Positions 23,443 through 37,190 of a DNA stretch of 64,000 bases are shown here, one piece after another. Made by a program: the position numbers and the translations under genes. The notes beneath the pieces are model-generated. The model was not told the origin of the DNA, did not search any database, and worked only from the letters and a program-made list of their open reading frames with translations. The stretch spans positions 32,614,001 to 32,678,000 of the forward strand of contig NC_086109.1 of the NCBI RefSeq assembly GCF_963921235.1. The letters run 5' to 3'. Numbering within the stretch: the stretch's first letter is position 1; every line of letters begins with the position of its first letter. Source of the stretch: Mobula hypostoma. Taxonomy: Eukaryota.

Positions 23443-24250
23443 TCAAAGTTCAAAGTACATTTATTATCAAAGTCTGCATAAATTATACAACTTTGAGATT
23501 TGTCTGCTTACAGGCAGCCACAAAGCAATAAGCCCAAAAGGACCTATTTTAAAAAAAAGACCAACACCCAACGTACAGAGAGGAAAAAAACAGATCATGC
23601 AAACAATAAAACAAGTGTCAATATTCAGAAGGAAATTGAGTCCATAAAGCCAAAGCCCAGAGCAGACTGAGCAGGCCCATATCCTCAGTCTCAGTTCATC
23701 AAATGGGCAAATCGCCACGAGGCTCACAGACACTAAACCCGGAGCAGCCGGGGCATGACACAGCCTTAGCCTCAGGGCCAAGGAGAGTGGAGTAAAACAT
23801 AATGTCACGGAGCAGAGCCGGTCCCAACACCCCTCAATTTGAATCTATCTGGACCAGTGTTTAAAATGCCCAAACCCCAGTCACCCCTTGTACTCAGGCC
23901 CAGGCCTCGCCACATCAATACTCTCAGCACCTCCTGGACCCTGCATTCCGGTCTGCACTTGTCGTTTCCAAATTAGTCTGATGTTTAGATGGATCCAAGC
24001 TTGCTCCTGTTCTGGGGTAGGGGCTCCAAAACTCTCCCCAACTCCTCCTCAAATGTGCCTTGATCGCACTCTGACTCCATCTTGCACCGGCTCACCTCAA
24101 CCCTTGGACTGGCCTCGCTTTCGCTCATTCCCTCACTGTGGTGATCGCTTACCAAAATTTTCCACATAAAAAGTGTTACTAATAATTTAGTCGTATTTCT
24201 CGCTTTGAAAACCACACGTAAGCTGTCACCCACCTCAGTAGCACCATCTT
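23443..24250 (-). mobile_element. Non-autonomous retroelement with a Rex1-type 3' tail
   Basis: Left end tcaaagttcaaagtacatttattatcaaag is the reverse complement of the Rex1 tail seen at ~62300-62370; no RT coding upstream. Confidence 0.55.
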
Positions 24251-24556
24251 ATAGACAATAGACAATAGGTGCAGGAGTAGGCCATTCAGCCCTTTGAGCT
24301 AGCACCACCATTCACTGTGATCATGGCTGATCATCCACAATCCGTACCCTGTTCCTGCCTTCTCCCCATATCTCTTGACTCCAATATCTTTAAGAGCTCT
24401 ATCTAACTCTTTCTTGAAAGCATCCAGAGAATTGGCCTCCACTGCCTTCTGAGGCAGAGTGTTCCACATATCCACAACTCTCTGAGTGAAAAAGTTTTTC
24501 CTCAACTCTGTTCTAAATGGCCCACCCCTTATTCTTAAACTGTGGCCTCTGGTTCT
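24251..24556 (-). mobile_element. CR1 LINE 3' fragment
   Basis: RKNFFTQRVVDMWNTLPQKAVEA..FKKELD; (ATAGACA)n tail; 3' UTR similar to 27338-27440. Confidence 0.88.
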
Positions 24557-24749
24557 TAAACCAGAATTTCAGTCCTTGTGAATAACCCTAACATCTATGG
24601 GTTTCTTTATTGTGTGCTTTCCCCTAATTTTTCATTTCATTCTGTCAATGAAATGAAAAATTAGTGTGGCATTCTCAAGACAGTTTATAAAGTTACTCCA
24701 CTTGCTTCTCTTGCATCTACATCTGACTTCAAACGTGGTTCTGCTGCTG

Positions 24750-25460
24750 TTGGAGCCTGCCATCTGCGTTCTGGTGGTTTGTTTTTGGGCCGATTGGGCA
24801 ATCTGGTGCTTCACTGTCTCCATGAGGCTTTGAGCCAAGCGTGCAGCACGGAGGCTATGGAGCCTGCAGATGGAGCACGGGCCATTTCTCACTGATTGAA
24901 GCGCCAAGGAAGATCGAAGCCATTGAGGTGGGCGTGGAGGGCGAGCAAGTGTTCAGTGCTGTCTACCAGCCTCTGGCTCATTGCTGCCGGAGGACGGTGC
25001 CTGCATGTGACAACCCTCCTCTCCTTCCTGCTCACTGCTCCCAAGGGCAGGTCCTTGCGTTCAAATGATCTCCCCATCTCCCTCGATGCTGTTGGAGGAT
25101 GGTTCCAGAGCAAGATCCAATCAACGTGGTATGTGGATTGGACTCTAATTTACGTATGAAGTGTTCCTAGTTTTTCTGATTGCTCCTTTATTTTGGTGCT
25201 ATTTTGGGCAATTTTGTAGATAAGGAACACTGAACTGAATTGAAATATGCCTTTTGATTTTGTGTTTTATATTCTGTGTTTTTTCTCCCTTTTTTGTTGC
25301 TGTTTGCATGTGGGGGTGGGGGGAGCTCTGATGTTCTTTTTCTTTGAACGGGTTCCATGGTTCTACTTTGTTTCGTGGCTGTCTGTGGAGAAGATGGATC
25401 TCAGGGTTGTATGCTACATACATACTTTGATAATAAATGTACTTTGAATCCCTTTGAATC
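24750..25460 (+). mobile_element. Non-autonomous retroelement with a Rex1-type 3' tail
   Basis: GC-richer 5' body, T-rich middle, ends atctcagggttgtatg..aataaatgtactttgaatccctttgaatc. Confidence 0.5.
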
Positions 25461-25892
25461 AACTTGTGCCTTAATTTAGAAATAACTTTTAATCTTATCT
25501 ACCTCTTCTTTCAGGAAATTACTTTTGTTTGCAAATGGCAGTTCTGCATATGAAAAATTAATGCATGCTCTCCCTCCAAAGAATGAGTGAAGGTTTGGAC
25601 AAGAGTAATTGTCGGCCTCTGGCGTATGTCCTGTGATTCAACACAGAACTTCTCAGCAGAGCTTTTGTGAGGGATATTTTGTTATTTAGATAGGTAACCT
25701 TACAAGACTTGTTGCGCAGGGGAAAATAAACACCACAGATTTTTTTGATATTAAGTCAGTAATGATGATTACAAACCAAGATAAGATTTGAATTGATTCA
25801 AAGGAAGAAAATGCTCACCCCTTCTTTAGGCAACTCTGCCACAGTTTTTAAAAAACTGGTTCTTTAACCTGCCTCTTTATTCATTAAAGCAG

Positions 25893-26087
25893 CACATACA
25901 AAGTGGCGGAGGAACTCGGGTGACCAGGCAGCATCTATTGTAAAGAGTAAACAGTTGGCACTTCCGGCTGATCCTGATGAAGGGACTCGACCCAAAGTGT
26001 CAATTATTTACTCTTTTCCTGGCCTGCTGAGTTCCTCCAGCATTTCGTATGTGCTGCTTGGATTTCCAGCATCTGCAGATTTTCTCC
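25893..26087. mobile_element. Inverted pair of Penelope terminal-repeat fragments with a decayed hammerhead motif
   Basis: Opposite-strand halves meet at ~25970; ctgatgaagggactcgacccaaagtgtc at 25974-26001. Confidence 0.7.
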
Positions 26088-26386
26088 CGTCCTTTTTCTT
26101 TAGTTTGCTTACCAATTTTTAATGTGAATTTCAAAGTTCAAAGTAAGTTTAATATTAAAGTACATATATGTCACCACATACAACCCTGAGATTTGTTTTC
26201 TTACAGGCATACTCAGTAAATCCAAGGACCATAATAGAATTAATGAAAGACCACACCCAACAGGGTGTACAAACAACTAATATGCAAAAGACCACAAACT
26301 GTACAAATACAAATACCAAAAGAATAAAGAAGCAATAAATATTGAGAACATGAGATGAAGAGTCCTTGAAAGTGAGTCCATAGGTT

Positions 26387-27329
26387 GTGGTAAATTGGAT
26401 CAGCAAATTTGCTGATGATACAAAGATTGGAGGTGTAGTAGACAGTGAGGAAGGTTTTCAGAGCCTGCAGAGGGACTTGGACCAGCTGGAAAAATGGGCT
26501 AAAAAATGGCAGATGGAGTTTAATACTGACAAGTGTGAGGTATTGCACTTTGGAAGGACAAACCAAGGTAGAACATACAGGGTTAATGGTAAGGCACTGA
26601 GGAGCGCAGTGGAACAGAGGGATCTGGGAATACAGATACAAAATTCCCTAAAAGTGGCGTCACAGGTAGATAGGGTCGTAAAGAGAGCTTTTGGTACATT
26701 GGCCTTTATTAATCAAAGTATTGAGTATAAGAGCTGGAATGATATGATGAGGTTGTATAAGGCATTGGTGAGGCCGAATCTGGAGTATTGTGTTCAGTTT
26801 TGATCACCAAATTACAGGAAGGATATAAATAAGGTTGAAAGAGTGCAGAGAAGGTTTACAAGGATGTTGCCGGGACTTGAGAAACTCAGTTGCAGAGAAG
26901 GGTTGAATAGGTTGGGACTTTATTCCCTGGAGCGTAGAAGAATGAGGGGAGATTTGATAGAGGTATATAAAATTATGATGGGTATAGATAGAGTGAATGC
27001 AAGGAGGCTTTTTCCACTGAGGCAAGGGGAGAAAAAAACCAGAGGACATGGGTTTAGGGTGAGGGGGGAAAAGTTTAAAGGGAACATTACGGGGGGCTTC
27101 TTACGGAGTGGTGGGAGTATGGAATGAGCTGCCAGACGAGGTGGTAAATGCGGGTTCCTTTTTAACATTTAAGAATGAATTGGACAGATACATGGATGGG
27201 AGGTGTATGGAGGGATATGGTCCGTGTGCAGGTCAGTGGGACTAGGCAGAAAATGGTTCGGCACAGCCAAGAAGGGCCAAAAGGCCTGTTTCTGTGCTGT
27301 AGTTTCTATGGTTTCTATGGTTTCTATGG
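26387..27329 (+). mobile_element. CR1 LINE, 5'-truncated
   Basis: ISKFADDTKIGG..WQMEFN..KCEVLHFG..LYKALVRPNLEYCVQF*, premature TGA at 26801; tail (TTTCTATGG)3. Confidence 0.93.
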
Positions 27330-27337
27330 AACCATTC

Positions 27338-29812
27338 ATAGAAAACATAGAAAACATAGAAAATAGGTGCAGGAGTAGGCCATTTGGCCCTTCGAGCCTG
27401 CACCACCATTTATTATGATCATGGCTGATCATCCAACTCAGAACCCTGCACCAGCCTTCCCTCCATACACCCTGATCCCCGTAGCAACAAGGGCCATATC
27501 TAACTCCCTCTTAAATATAGCCAATGAACTGGCCTCAACTGTTTCCTGTGGCAGAGAATTCCACAGATTCACCACTCTCTGTGTGAAGAAGTTTTTCCTA
27601 ATCTCGGTCCTAAAAGGCTTCCCCTTTATCCTCAAACTGTGACCCCTCGTTCTGAACTTCCCCAACATCGGGAACAATCTTCCTGCATCTAGCCTGTCCA
27701 ATCCCTTTAGGATTTTATACTTTTCAATCAGATCCCCCCTCAATCTTCTAAATTCCAATGAGTACAAGCCCAGTTCAACCAGTCTTTCTTCATATGAAAG
27801 TCCTGCCATCCCAGGAATCAATCTAGTGAACCTTCTTTGTACTCCCTCTATGGCAAGGATGTCTTTCCTCAGATTAGGGGACCAAAACTGCACACAATAC
27901 TCCAGGTGTGGTCTCACCAAGACCTTGTACAACTGCAGTAGTACCTCCCTGCTCCTGTACTCGAATCCTCTCGCTATAAATGCCAGCATACCATTTGCCT
28001 TTTTCACTGCCTGCTGTACCTGCATGCCCACTTTCAATGACTGGTGTATAATGACACCCAGGTCTCGTTGCACCTCCCCTTTTCCTAATCGGCCACCATT
28101 CAGATAATAATCTGTTTTCCTATTTTTGCCACCAAAGTGGATAACTTCACATTTATCCACATTAAATTGCATCTGCCATGAATTTGCCCACTCACCCAAC
28201 CTATCCAAATCACCCTGCATCCTCTTAGCATCCTCCTCACAGCTAACACTGCCGCCCCGCTTCGTGTCATCCGCAAACTTGGAGACGCTGCATTTAATTC
28301 CCTCATCCAAGTCATTAATATATATTGTAAACAACTGGGGTCCCAGCACTGAGCCTTGCGGTACCCCACTAGTCACTGCCTGCCATTCTGAAAAGGTCCC
28401 GTTTATTCCCACTCTTTGCTTCCTGTCTGCTAACCAATTCTCTATCCACATCAATACCTTACCCCCAATACCATGTGCTTTAAGTTTGCACACTAATCTC
28501 CTGTGTGGGACCTTGTCAAAAGCCTTTTGAAAATCCAAATATACCACATCCACTGGTTCTCCCCTATCAACTCTACTAGTTACATCCTCAAAAAATTCTA
28601 TGAGATTCATCAGACATGATTTTCCTTTCACAAATCCATGCTGACTTTGTCCAATGATTTCACAGCTTTCCAAATGTGCTGTTATCACATCTTTGATAAC
28701 TGACTCCAGCAGTTTCCCCACCACCGACGTTAGGCTAACCGGTCTATAATTCCCCGGTTTCTCTCTCCCTCCTTTTTCAAAAAGTGGGGTTACATTAGCC
28801 ACCCTCCAATCCTCAGGAACTGGTCCAGAATCTAACGAGTTTTGAAAAATGTTCACTAATGCATCCTCTATTTCTTGGGCTACTTCCTTAAGCACTCTGG
28901 GATGCAGACCATCTGGCCCTGGGGATTTATCTGCCTTCAATCCCTTCAATTTACCTAACACCACTTCCCTACTAACATGTATTTCGCTCAGTTCCTCCAT
29001 CTCACTGGACCCTCTGTCCCCTACTATTTCTGGAAGATTATTTATATCCTCCTTAGTGAAGACAGAACCAAAGTAATTATTCAATTGGTCTGCCATGTCC
29101 TTGCTCCCCATAATCAATTCACCTGTTTCTGTCTGTAGGGGACCTACATTTGTCTTTACCAGTCTTTTCCTTTTTACATATCTATAAAAGCTTTTACAGT
29201 CAGTTTTTATGTTCCCTGCCAGTTTTCTCTCATAATCTTTTTTCCCCTTCCTAATTAAGCCCTTTGTCCTCCTCTGCTGAACTCTGAATTTCTCCCAGTC
29301 CTCAGGTGAGCCACTTTTTCTGGCTAATTTGTATGCTTCTTCTTTGGAATTGATACTATCCCTAATTTCTCTTGTCAGCCACGGGTGCACTACCTTCCTT
29401 GATTTATTCTTTTGCCAAACTGGGATGAACAATTGTTGTAGTTCATCCATGCAATCCTTAAATGCTTGCCATTGCATATCCACCGTCAATCCTTTATGTG
29501 TCATTTGCCAGTCTATCTTAGCTAATTCACGTCTCATACCTTCAAAGTTACCCCTCTTTAAGTTCAGAACCTTTGTTTCTGAATTAACTATGTCACTCTC
29601 CATCTTAATGAAGAATTCCACCATATTATGGTCACTCTTACCCAAGGGGCCTCTCACGACAAGATTGCTAATTAACCCTTCCTCATTGCTCAAAACCCAG
29701 TCTAGAATAGCCTGCTCTCTAGTTGGTTCCTCGACATGTTGGTTCAAAAAACCATCCCGCATACATTCCAAGAAATCCTCTTCCTCAGCACCTTTACCAA
29801 TTTGGTTTACCA
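27338..29812 (-). mobile_element. Young CR1 LINE, 5'-truncated, with an open ORF2 (EN C-terminus + RT)
   Basis: About 790 codons open (ORF 27438..29963; the first ~50 aa are flank): GKSDHN, KSPGPDGLHP, NYRPVSLTS, YLDFQKAFDKVPH, GVPQGSVLGP, FADD; tail (GTTTTCTAT)n. Confidence 0.95.
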
Positions 29813-30559
29813 ATTCAGTGATGGGACAAGTGAAGTTGAATGAAGTTATCCCCACTAGTTCAAGAGCCTGATGATTGAGGGGTAATAATTGTTTCTGAAC
29901 CTGGTGGTGTGAGTCCTGAGGCTCCTGTACCCTCTTCCAGTGGCAGCAATGAGAAGAGATCATGAGCTGGGTGGTGGGTGTCCCCGTTGATGGATGCTAC
30001 TTTCCTGCGACAACACTCCATGAAGATGTGCTAAATAGAGGGGAGGGCTCAACTCGTGATGGACTGGGCCATAACCACAACTTTGTGGAGGATTTTCCAT
30101 TCAAGGGCGTTGGCGTTTCCCTACCAGTCAATATATTCTTCACCACACATCTATAGAAGTTTCTCAAAGTATGAGATGTCAAGACAAATCTTCTCAAACA
30201 TCTAAGGAAGTAGAGGCACTGCGTGCTTTCTTCATGATTGCACCTATGTGTTTGGACCAGGACAGGTCCTCTGAAATTATTAACCTCAAGGAATTTAAAG
30301 TTGCTGACCCTCTCCACCTTTGATCCCCAGCTGAGGTCTGGTTCATGGACCTCCTTGGTCTTATTGACATTGAGTGAAAGGTTGTTGTTGTGACATCACT
30401 CAGCCAGATTTTCAATTCCCTTCCTACATGCTGATTTGTGACTGTCTTTAACTTGGCTTGATCACCTTTAAATTCATCTGACAATTTATAATTGAACTTT
30501 ACTGGAATCCTCAATGATTCAATGCTTCCTCAGTCAGTTGCCCACAGGGTGTTTGCATT

Positions 30560-31370
30560 GACTTTATTTCTTACATCCTTCATATACATGAGGAGTAAAA
30601 GCCTTTACGTTACCTTTCTGTCTAAATGTGCAATGTGCAATTTATAGTAATTGATAATAAATATTATGTACAACAGGACAGTCAATATAACATAGAAGTA
30701 CAATTGTATCAGTGAGAATTAATCAGTCTAATGGCCTGGTGGAAGATGCTGTCCCGGAGCCTGTTGGTCCTGGCTTTTATGCTGCGGTACCGTTTCCCAG
30801 ATGGTAGCAGATGGAACAGTTCGTGGTTGGGATGACTCGGGTCCCCAATGATTCTTCATGCCCTTTTTACACACCTGTCTTTGTTATTGTCCTGAATAGT
30901 GGGAAGTTCACATCTACAGATGCGCTGGGCTGTCTGCACCACTCTCGGTAGAGAACGGCAATTGAGGAAAGTACAGTTCCCATACCAGGGAGTGATGCAG
31001 CCAGTCAGGATGCTCTCAGTTGTGCTCCTGTAGAAAGTTCTTAGGATTTGGGGGCCCATACCAAACTTTTTCAACCGTCTCAGGTGAAAGAGGTGCTGTT
31101 GTGCTTTTTTCATCACACAGCCGCTATGTACAGACCACATGAGATCCTTGGTGATGTGTATACCAAGGAACTTGAAGCTGTTCACCTTCTCAACCGCAGA
31201 TCCATTGATGTCAATAGGGGTTAGCCTGTCTCCATTCCTCCTGCAATCCACAACCAGCTCCTTTGTTTTTGTGACATTGAGGGACAGGTTGTTTTTTTGA
31301 TACCTCTGTGTCAGGGTGATGACTTCTCTGCAGGCTGCCTCATTATTATTTGAGGTTAAGCCAATCAATT
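30560..31370 (-). mobile_element. Rex1/Babar LINE 3' portion
   Basis: ORF 30856..31368 NNLSLNVTKTKELVVD..FKFLGIHIT..KKAQQHLFHLRRLKKFG..FYRSTTESILTGCIT. Confidence 0.88.
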
Positions 31371-32659
31371 AGCAGATTGACGCTATGGGTGGTGACACCG
31401 TCATGGCTATACAGAGAGTAAAACAATAACTGAGAACAGCAAACCCACCATTACCAGGGAACGTTGTTTCAGTGGTCACATAACCAAAGAACCACAGTCA
31501 ATATTGAAATTGATGGACAGCCAAAGAAGAAGAGAAGAAGAACCAAAGAACTGAGTAAAAGCAAATTGTGAAGAGGCTGATTATTGATCTCTAATTTTTT
31601 AACAATTATCCTTGGCTAATGATGCAAATAAAAAAAAATTAAGATATTTTAATCAACTTAGTAAAATCACAAAGTTATAGACATTAACTATAATTTTGCA
31701 TTCCATTTGATGTATGTGATTATATGAATTTCTTTATTAGATTTTTAAAAGTCTTTAGAATTTTAGTTATTAATTCATTCTTCTTTGTTTTACACACCAG
31801 CCAAGGACATTTCACTGTTTCTTGCTGCAGGATGTAATTCTGGGTAGTTCATGTCAACTCTTTCTGAATGCTCTCGTTTATTTTCTATCTGAGAATTTTC
31901 AGATAATTTCTAAGGAATCTTTAAGTATGATGCTTGAATTTATACATACTGAACATTTTAGTACGATTAGGATTTTGCTTGTGCTGAGAGATAATTGTAT
32001 CAATTTTTTTTAAACTTGGCGAAGGGAAGAGAGTTGGTTTGCTATCGAGGGATCTTGTCATCCTAGAATTTAAATTAGATCTTTAGGATTCTTAAGAAAT
32101 CTTCAAATAAATAGAGTGAAGCTGGTGCATAAAAAGTGAGCTTCTAACATGTCTACCAAGACCGAAGAAGGATGAACTGAAGTAACAGTAAAGAAACTTA
32201 AAGAAAACCATAATGAAAATGAGAGGATTTAGCTGATGAAGTCCAAGACTCTTACAACAAGAATATGATTGAAAATTCCTCTGTGATTGTGGAGGTTGAA
32301 ATCGAGACCTTGATAAGTCACGGAGGATTTAGATTAAAAGAACAATTTACAGAGTTCCATGAAAAGAACAAGAGAAGGAAAGTAATTTTGAAACAAACTC
32401 TGCTTGAATGCAGAAAATGCACAAGTTTAGGTACAAATTCGGTACTAAGAATTTGAAGTTTTTGGCACCTCAGATTTTTTATGTGGTATCTATTACTCTT
32501 GCACCTTTTTTAAATATTAAAATTTTAAAATTTGCAATATTTAGTCTTTTTCTATAGTTTTTAGTAATTTGAATCTTAATTGCTTTATTTAAGTTTTGAA
32601 TATCTGGTGCAATAATTGTACTGCTTGGAAACAATTTAATTCATGGTCTAAGTACGCTT

Positions 32660-35090
32660 ATAAATTAATAATCTACTATTTTATTAGTGGGAAGGATATA
32701 GATTACGCAGAGATCTGAGGACCATAGAAAAATGATTTTCGGGAACCAATTATCATAATGTAAACTGGGATAATAACAATGTTGAAGGCACAGAAGGAAA
32801 ATACTTTTTGCAAATGTGTTTTCTTAATTAGCATCTTCTTGTCCTGTTAGAGAAGGAGGAACTATCAGATCTAGTTGTGGAAAAGGAGACTGATCACTGG
32901 AGGAGGTGGGCTTGTTGTTAAGGGAACAATGATCACATCGTCATTGAATTCAGATTAGCTATAGAAAGTAAAAGAAGAGTTTACTATAAAACTCCTTAAG
33001 TGTAGAGGACTAACATTTGGTAGGTTAACATGGAATCTGACCAGGGTAATTCACATCAAGGACAGGGAGGCAAAAGCTGAAGATAATGAATAGGTTAATA
33101 TTAGGGTCCCATAATAGGTTAAGATTACGTTAACCTTTGAGCTGCCGAACAACAGGAAGACAACTACACCCAGACTTTCACACTATAGATTTGTTATAGC
33201 ACTGCCTCCTCACTATTAACACAGGCACACCTTAAGGATGCTTGCTTATCCTATTGCTCCACACTCATGACTGTATGGCTAAGCACAACTAAATTGCCAT
33301 CTATAAATTCCCTAATGACACTATTGTTGCTGGTAGAATTTCAGATGGGAACAAGGAGGCTTAAAGCCTCCTTCGAGGTCGGTTGTTTGAGTGATGTGGC
33401 AACAACAACCGCAGCCTCAATGTCAGCAAGACCAAGGAACAAATTATGGATGCCAAGAAGGGAAAGTCAGGAGAATGCACACCAGACCTCATTGAGAGAA
33501 TCAGGAGTAGAAAAGGAGAGCAGTTTCAGGTTCCTGGGCATCAACATCGCAGTGGATCTATCCTGAGATCAACACATCCGTACGGCATGCCAATAACTCA
33601 ACTTTGTTAGGTGTTTGAAGAGATTTGGTATGTCACCATAGACTCTTACAACTATCTATAGATAGAGTGGAGAGCATTTTGACTGACTGCATCACAGCCT
33701 GGTATGAAGGCTCCAATGCAAAGGGTAACAAAAGGCTGCAGGGGGCTACAGTGACTTCGTCAGCTCCAACCTGGTCACAAACTTCCCACCATGGAGGACA
33801 TCTTCAAAAAGTGTCAAGCATCCACCTTCAAAGACCATAGGACATAGGAGCTGAATTAGTCCATCTGGCCCATCCAGTCTGACCCTAACGATCAAGGAAA
33901 TAACTTCTCGTTGCTACTATCAGGGAGGAGGTACAGGAACCTGAAGACCCACATACAATGATTCAGGAACCGCTTCTTCCCCTCTGCCATCAGGCTTTGG
34001 AATGGTCCATGGACGATTACTATTTTTATGTCTTTGCACTGTACTGCTTTTTTTTTGTGTATACAAAGGTTTATTCAAATGATTGCAGCATCACAGCAAA
34101 ACACTTATAAAATATACAGAACTTCATAAAACACAATTAACAGTATCAAATTAAAATATGATTATCACTGTCCGGAGCACATTTGAGCCCACGAAGACTC
34201 CAGCACAGTACTGCCGCTGCAGAACAACACATTTCACATCAAATGTCAGTGATGGTAAACCTCATTTGGATTCAGAGTAAGATTAGGCAGAGACAAAAAA
34301 ATGTCTGGCGCTTGATAGAAATAAAGCTGAAAACTTTTGAAAAGCAGGTCGAATAAAGGAAACAAAGTGAAAAGCGAAATAAAAGCATATTTGCAGATCA
34401 TCTGAAATGCGGCTTAAAAGGTTTCTGTTGACATTTAAATAGTCAATGGTGGGTAAAGGATGGAAGGAGCCACTTAGAGGGCAGAGGCATGTCTGAAATA
34501 CTAAATTTTATCTTCATTCTTTGTTTTTTTTTAAATCAGGAAGAGAGATGCTACCAGGGTTACACTTAGAAACTGAATAGACTAAAAATTGATAACGGGG
34601 AATCAGAATAAAAGTCACCGGTGCTTAATTAGTCAATAAATCTGCATGGGATGTATTCTAAAAGATGCACCAGTGCAAGTTGCAAAGTTTGTAACTTTAT
34701 CAAGTGATTGGATGGGCAAAAAGTGCGAGAGTGTTGGAAAACTGTTAATGTTTTAAAAAAAAAGTGTAAGCCAAACTCTACAACTCCAGGTTAGTCAGTT
34801 TAACCTAGTGGCAAGAAAGCTTTTAGTCATATTAATTCAAGAGAAAATTAATTGTCACTTAGAAGCCAGCAGAGATTTTTAAATCCTGTTGTGTTAAGTT
34901 TATCGAGTATTTAAGTGAATGGATTAAGGAGAGCAATAATATTAATGTGTTGTACATAGACTTCCAAATGAGATTTTATGTGGTGTCACATTGTAGCTTT
35001 ATCAGCAGTTTTGAAATATGAGGAAAAGAAGCAATAGAAGTATGGAAAGTAAATTACCAGCGTCAGAAAATAATGGTGTGAAGTTCAGTG
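32660..35090 (+). mobile_element. Very old CR1 remnant interrupted by a Rex1 copy
   Basis: Degenerate EN region (~32660-33100) and RT region (gacttccaaatgagattttatgtggtgtcacat, resembling DFQKAFDKVPH, near 34960). Confidence 0.5.
33200..34275 (+). mobile_element. Decayed Rex1/Babar LINE
   Basis: SFRFLGINI and VESILTDCITAWY remnants; 3' UTR similar to 4660-4825. Confidence 0.75.
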
Positions 35091-36464
35091 GAAAATACTG
35101 CATTTACACCTTGAAATGATGGCCTTAACTCTTGCTATTATTTGCAAATTCCAAGATTTGGCAGGAGTTTCTGGAATTCTCAGTATATAACCTTCCACTT
35201 ATATCTTCTTTCTGAAGTTTGGTGCCCAAAATTTTGACTCAGTTCTTCACATCATGACCAACCAAGGCTCTCTGATCTTAAATCGTTTCCTTGCTTTTCT
35301 ATCTAAACCCTTAAGATAAAAATAACATTCGTTACCTTTTCTAATTACATTTTTTTAGCATGTGAGTCAGTTCTTAGCGAGCTTTTGTATACTTCACTTC
35401 ACTTTACACTTAAATTATTTTGCTCCTCTATGAATTTTATAGTTTCTTTCATTTTTGTTTTCCTCATATAAATCCATTTTTAATTTGCATGTTGATATAG
35501 AAATATTAAACTTGGCTTTAATTTATTTGATTTTTATTAATAAGAACTCAGATCAAACATCAATTTTATAAAATGTGTCGAAAGAAGTATTTGCCAACAT
35601 CATTTTATGAAAAGGCAAAGATAAACAGATGTAACCAATATACTTATAAGGAAATTTCTGCCTAATGAACAAAACAATTTGCCAGCAAGTTAAGAGCTGA
35701 AATGCTGCATTGCACAAATATGTCAATGTTTGTATCAAATTGAGGTTGCACTTGTGGCCACAGAGAATTGCATCTTGGTTCCTGACACTTTGAAGAATTA
35801 CGTGCTACCTAAGCTGTGGTTATGAGGTTTCATTCTGCCACTTTCTGGCATTGTAAGTAACTAAAATACTACTGCACAGTGTTTGGTCTTGCTTCTTTAT
35901 AATCTTGAGAATTGCAGATTTAGTATAATCATGCCAACTCCACCATGGATGGTCCCAAGTCTGGCTGGCCATGGGGTTAGCAGCCCCATCCCATGAAAAA
36001 CCCAGTGCTACAAGAATACCAGCAGAAGCTCTAAAGAGCTCATCCCTGGGAGAGGAAGGATCTTCAAAGTTGAGCTAATCCGGGGATAACTTGAAAGACT
36101 GCTCAAGACAGAGGATTCCAGCGATGTATTGCCGGTGCCCTATGCCTGATGTCATTGTGCAGATTACAAGACTATTCAACCAACCAACCATGCCTACACT
36201 TTGTAAACACTATTTATTCCTATCTATTTTGATTCTACCCCCCCACGTTTATAAACTAACTCCATTTTAATTATTAATAAGTTCCCTTTATGAAATTATT
36301 GTTGAGTCTCCTTTTCTAAACTATTTGAGAAGGTACAGTTGGGATCATTACATCTGTAGTGTAAAACGTAAGTCCTCATCTGCCACAGTTTTATTGGTGA
36401 TTGTCTAAAATCTGCATGCTTTCATTCCACTCCCCTTCCTCCAAACAAAATTAGTTTCTCCTTA

Positions 36465-36790
36465 ACACAAGAAATTGGAAATCTTGAGCACGAAATACAT
36501 AATTCTGGAGGAACTCAGAAAATCAGGCAGCATGGAGGGGTGTAAAGAGTCCTCTTTTATCAGAGACCTTTTTCCACAGCCCTTTACTTCTTCCCCCTAT
36601 ACCTTCCCAGCTTATTTCATCAAGCCTCCCCCATCCACCTACCTTCCCCTCACCTGGTCTTATCTATCACCTGCCCCATTGACTCCTCTCCCTACTCCCC
36701 ATCCCATACCCAACTTCTTATTCTGGCTTCTGCCCCCTTCCTTTCCAGTCCTGAAGAAGGGTCTTGGTCTGAAATGTCGACTGTTTATAA
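36465..36790 (+). mobile_element. Penelope 3'-repeat fragments (partly inverted) with a hammerhead motif at 36746-36783
   Basis: CAGTC-CTGAAGA-AGG(GTCTTGG)TCT-GAAATGTC-GACTG; stem I CAGTC/GACTG is perfect. Confidence 0.7.
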
Positions 36791-37190
36791 GTAGCTAGAT
36801 AGGTACTTTATTGATCCCAAAGGAAATTACAGTGGCACAGTTGCATTACGAGTGCACAGATATACAAATATTAGAAGAGAAGTAAGAAAGGATAAAAAAA
36901 AATAAGCTCCCTCAAACAGTCTAGTAGGAAGGGGGTCATCACTTCCCCGTCTATAGGCTGACTCATTATGGAACCTAACTGCGGAGGGTAAAGATAATCT
37001 CTTCGGAGCAGCGCAGTTGTCTTAGTCTATTACTAAAAGTGCTCTTCTGTTCAGCCAAGGTGGCATGCAGAGGGTGAGAAAAATTGTCCAGAATTGCCAG
37101 GATTTTCCGTAGAGTCCTTTGTTCTGCTACCACGTCCAGTGTGTCCAGTTTGACTCCTATAACAGAGCCAACCTTTCTAATCAGTTTTGC
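36791..37190 (-). mobile_element. Rex1-type LINE 3' end inserted into the Penelope repeat
   Basis: tagatagg..tttattgatcccaaaggaaatt tail (compare aatttccccc..caataaagta at ~44810-44835); the Penelope repeat resumes at ~37196 (ttcccctccatagat). Confidence 0.6.

Larger units (their letters stand above)
26130..30500 (-). mobile_element. Rex1/Babar LINE (26130-26389 plus 29813-30500) split by two CR1 insertions
   Basis: Both halves match the contiguous plus-strand copy at 60870-62370; ERVSNFKFL and CLYFLRCLRRF remnants; (TTCAAAG)n tail. Confidence 0.85.

Noticed and set aside
29813..29963. N-terminal 50 aa of the 841-aa ORF as part of CR1
   Set aside because: Derived from the flanking Rex1 sequence; a chance in-frame fusion
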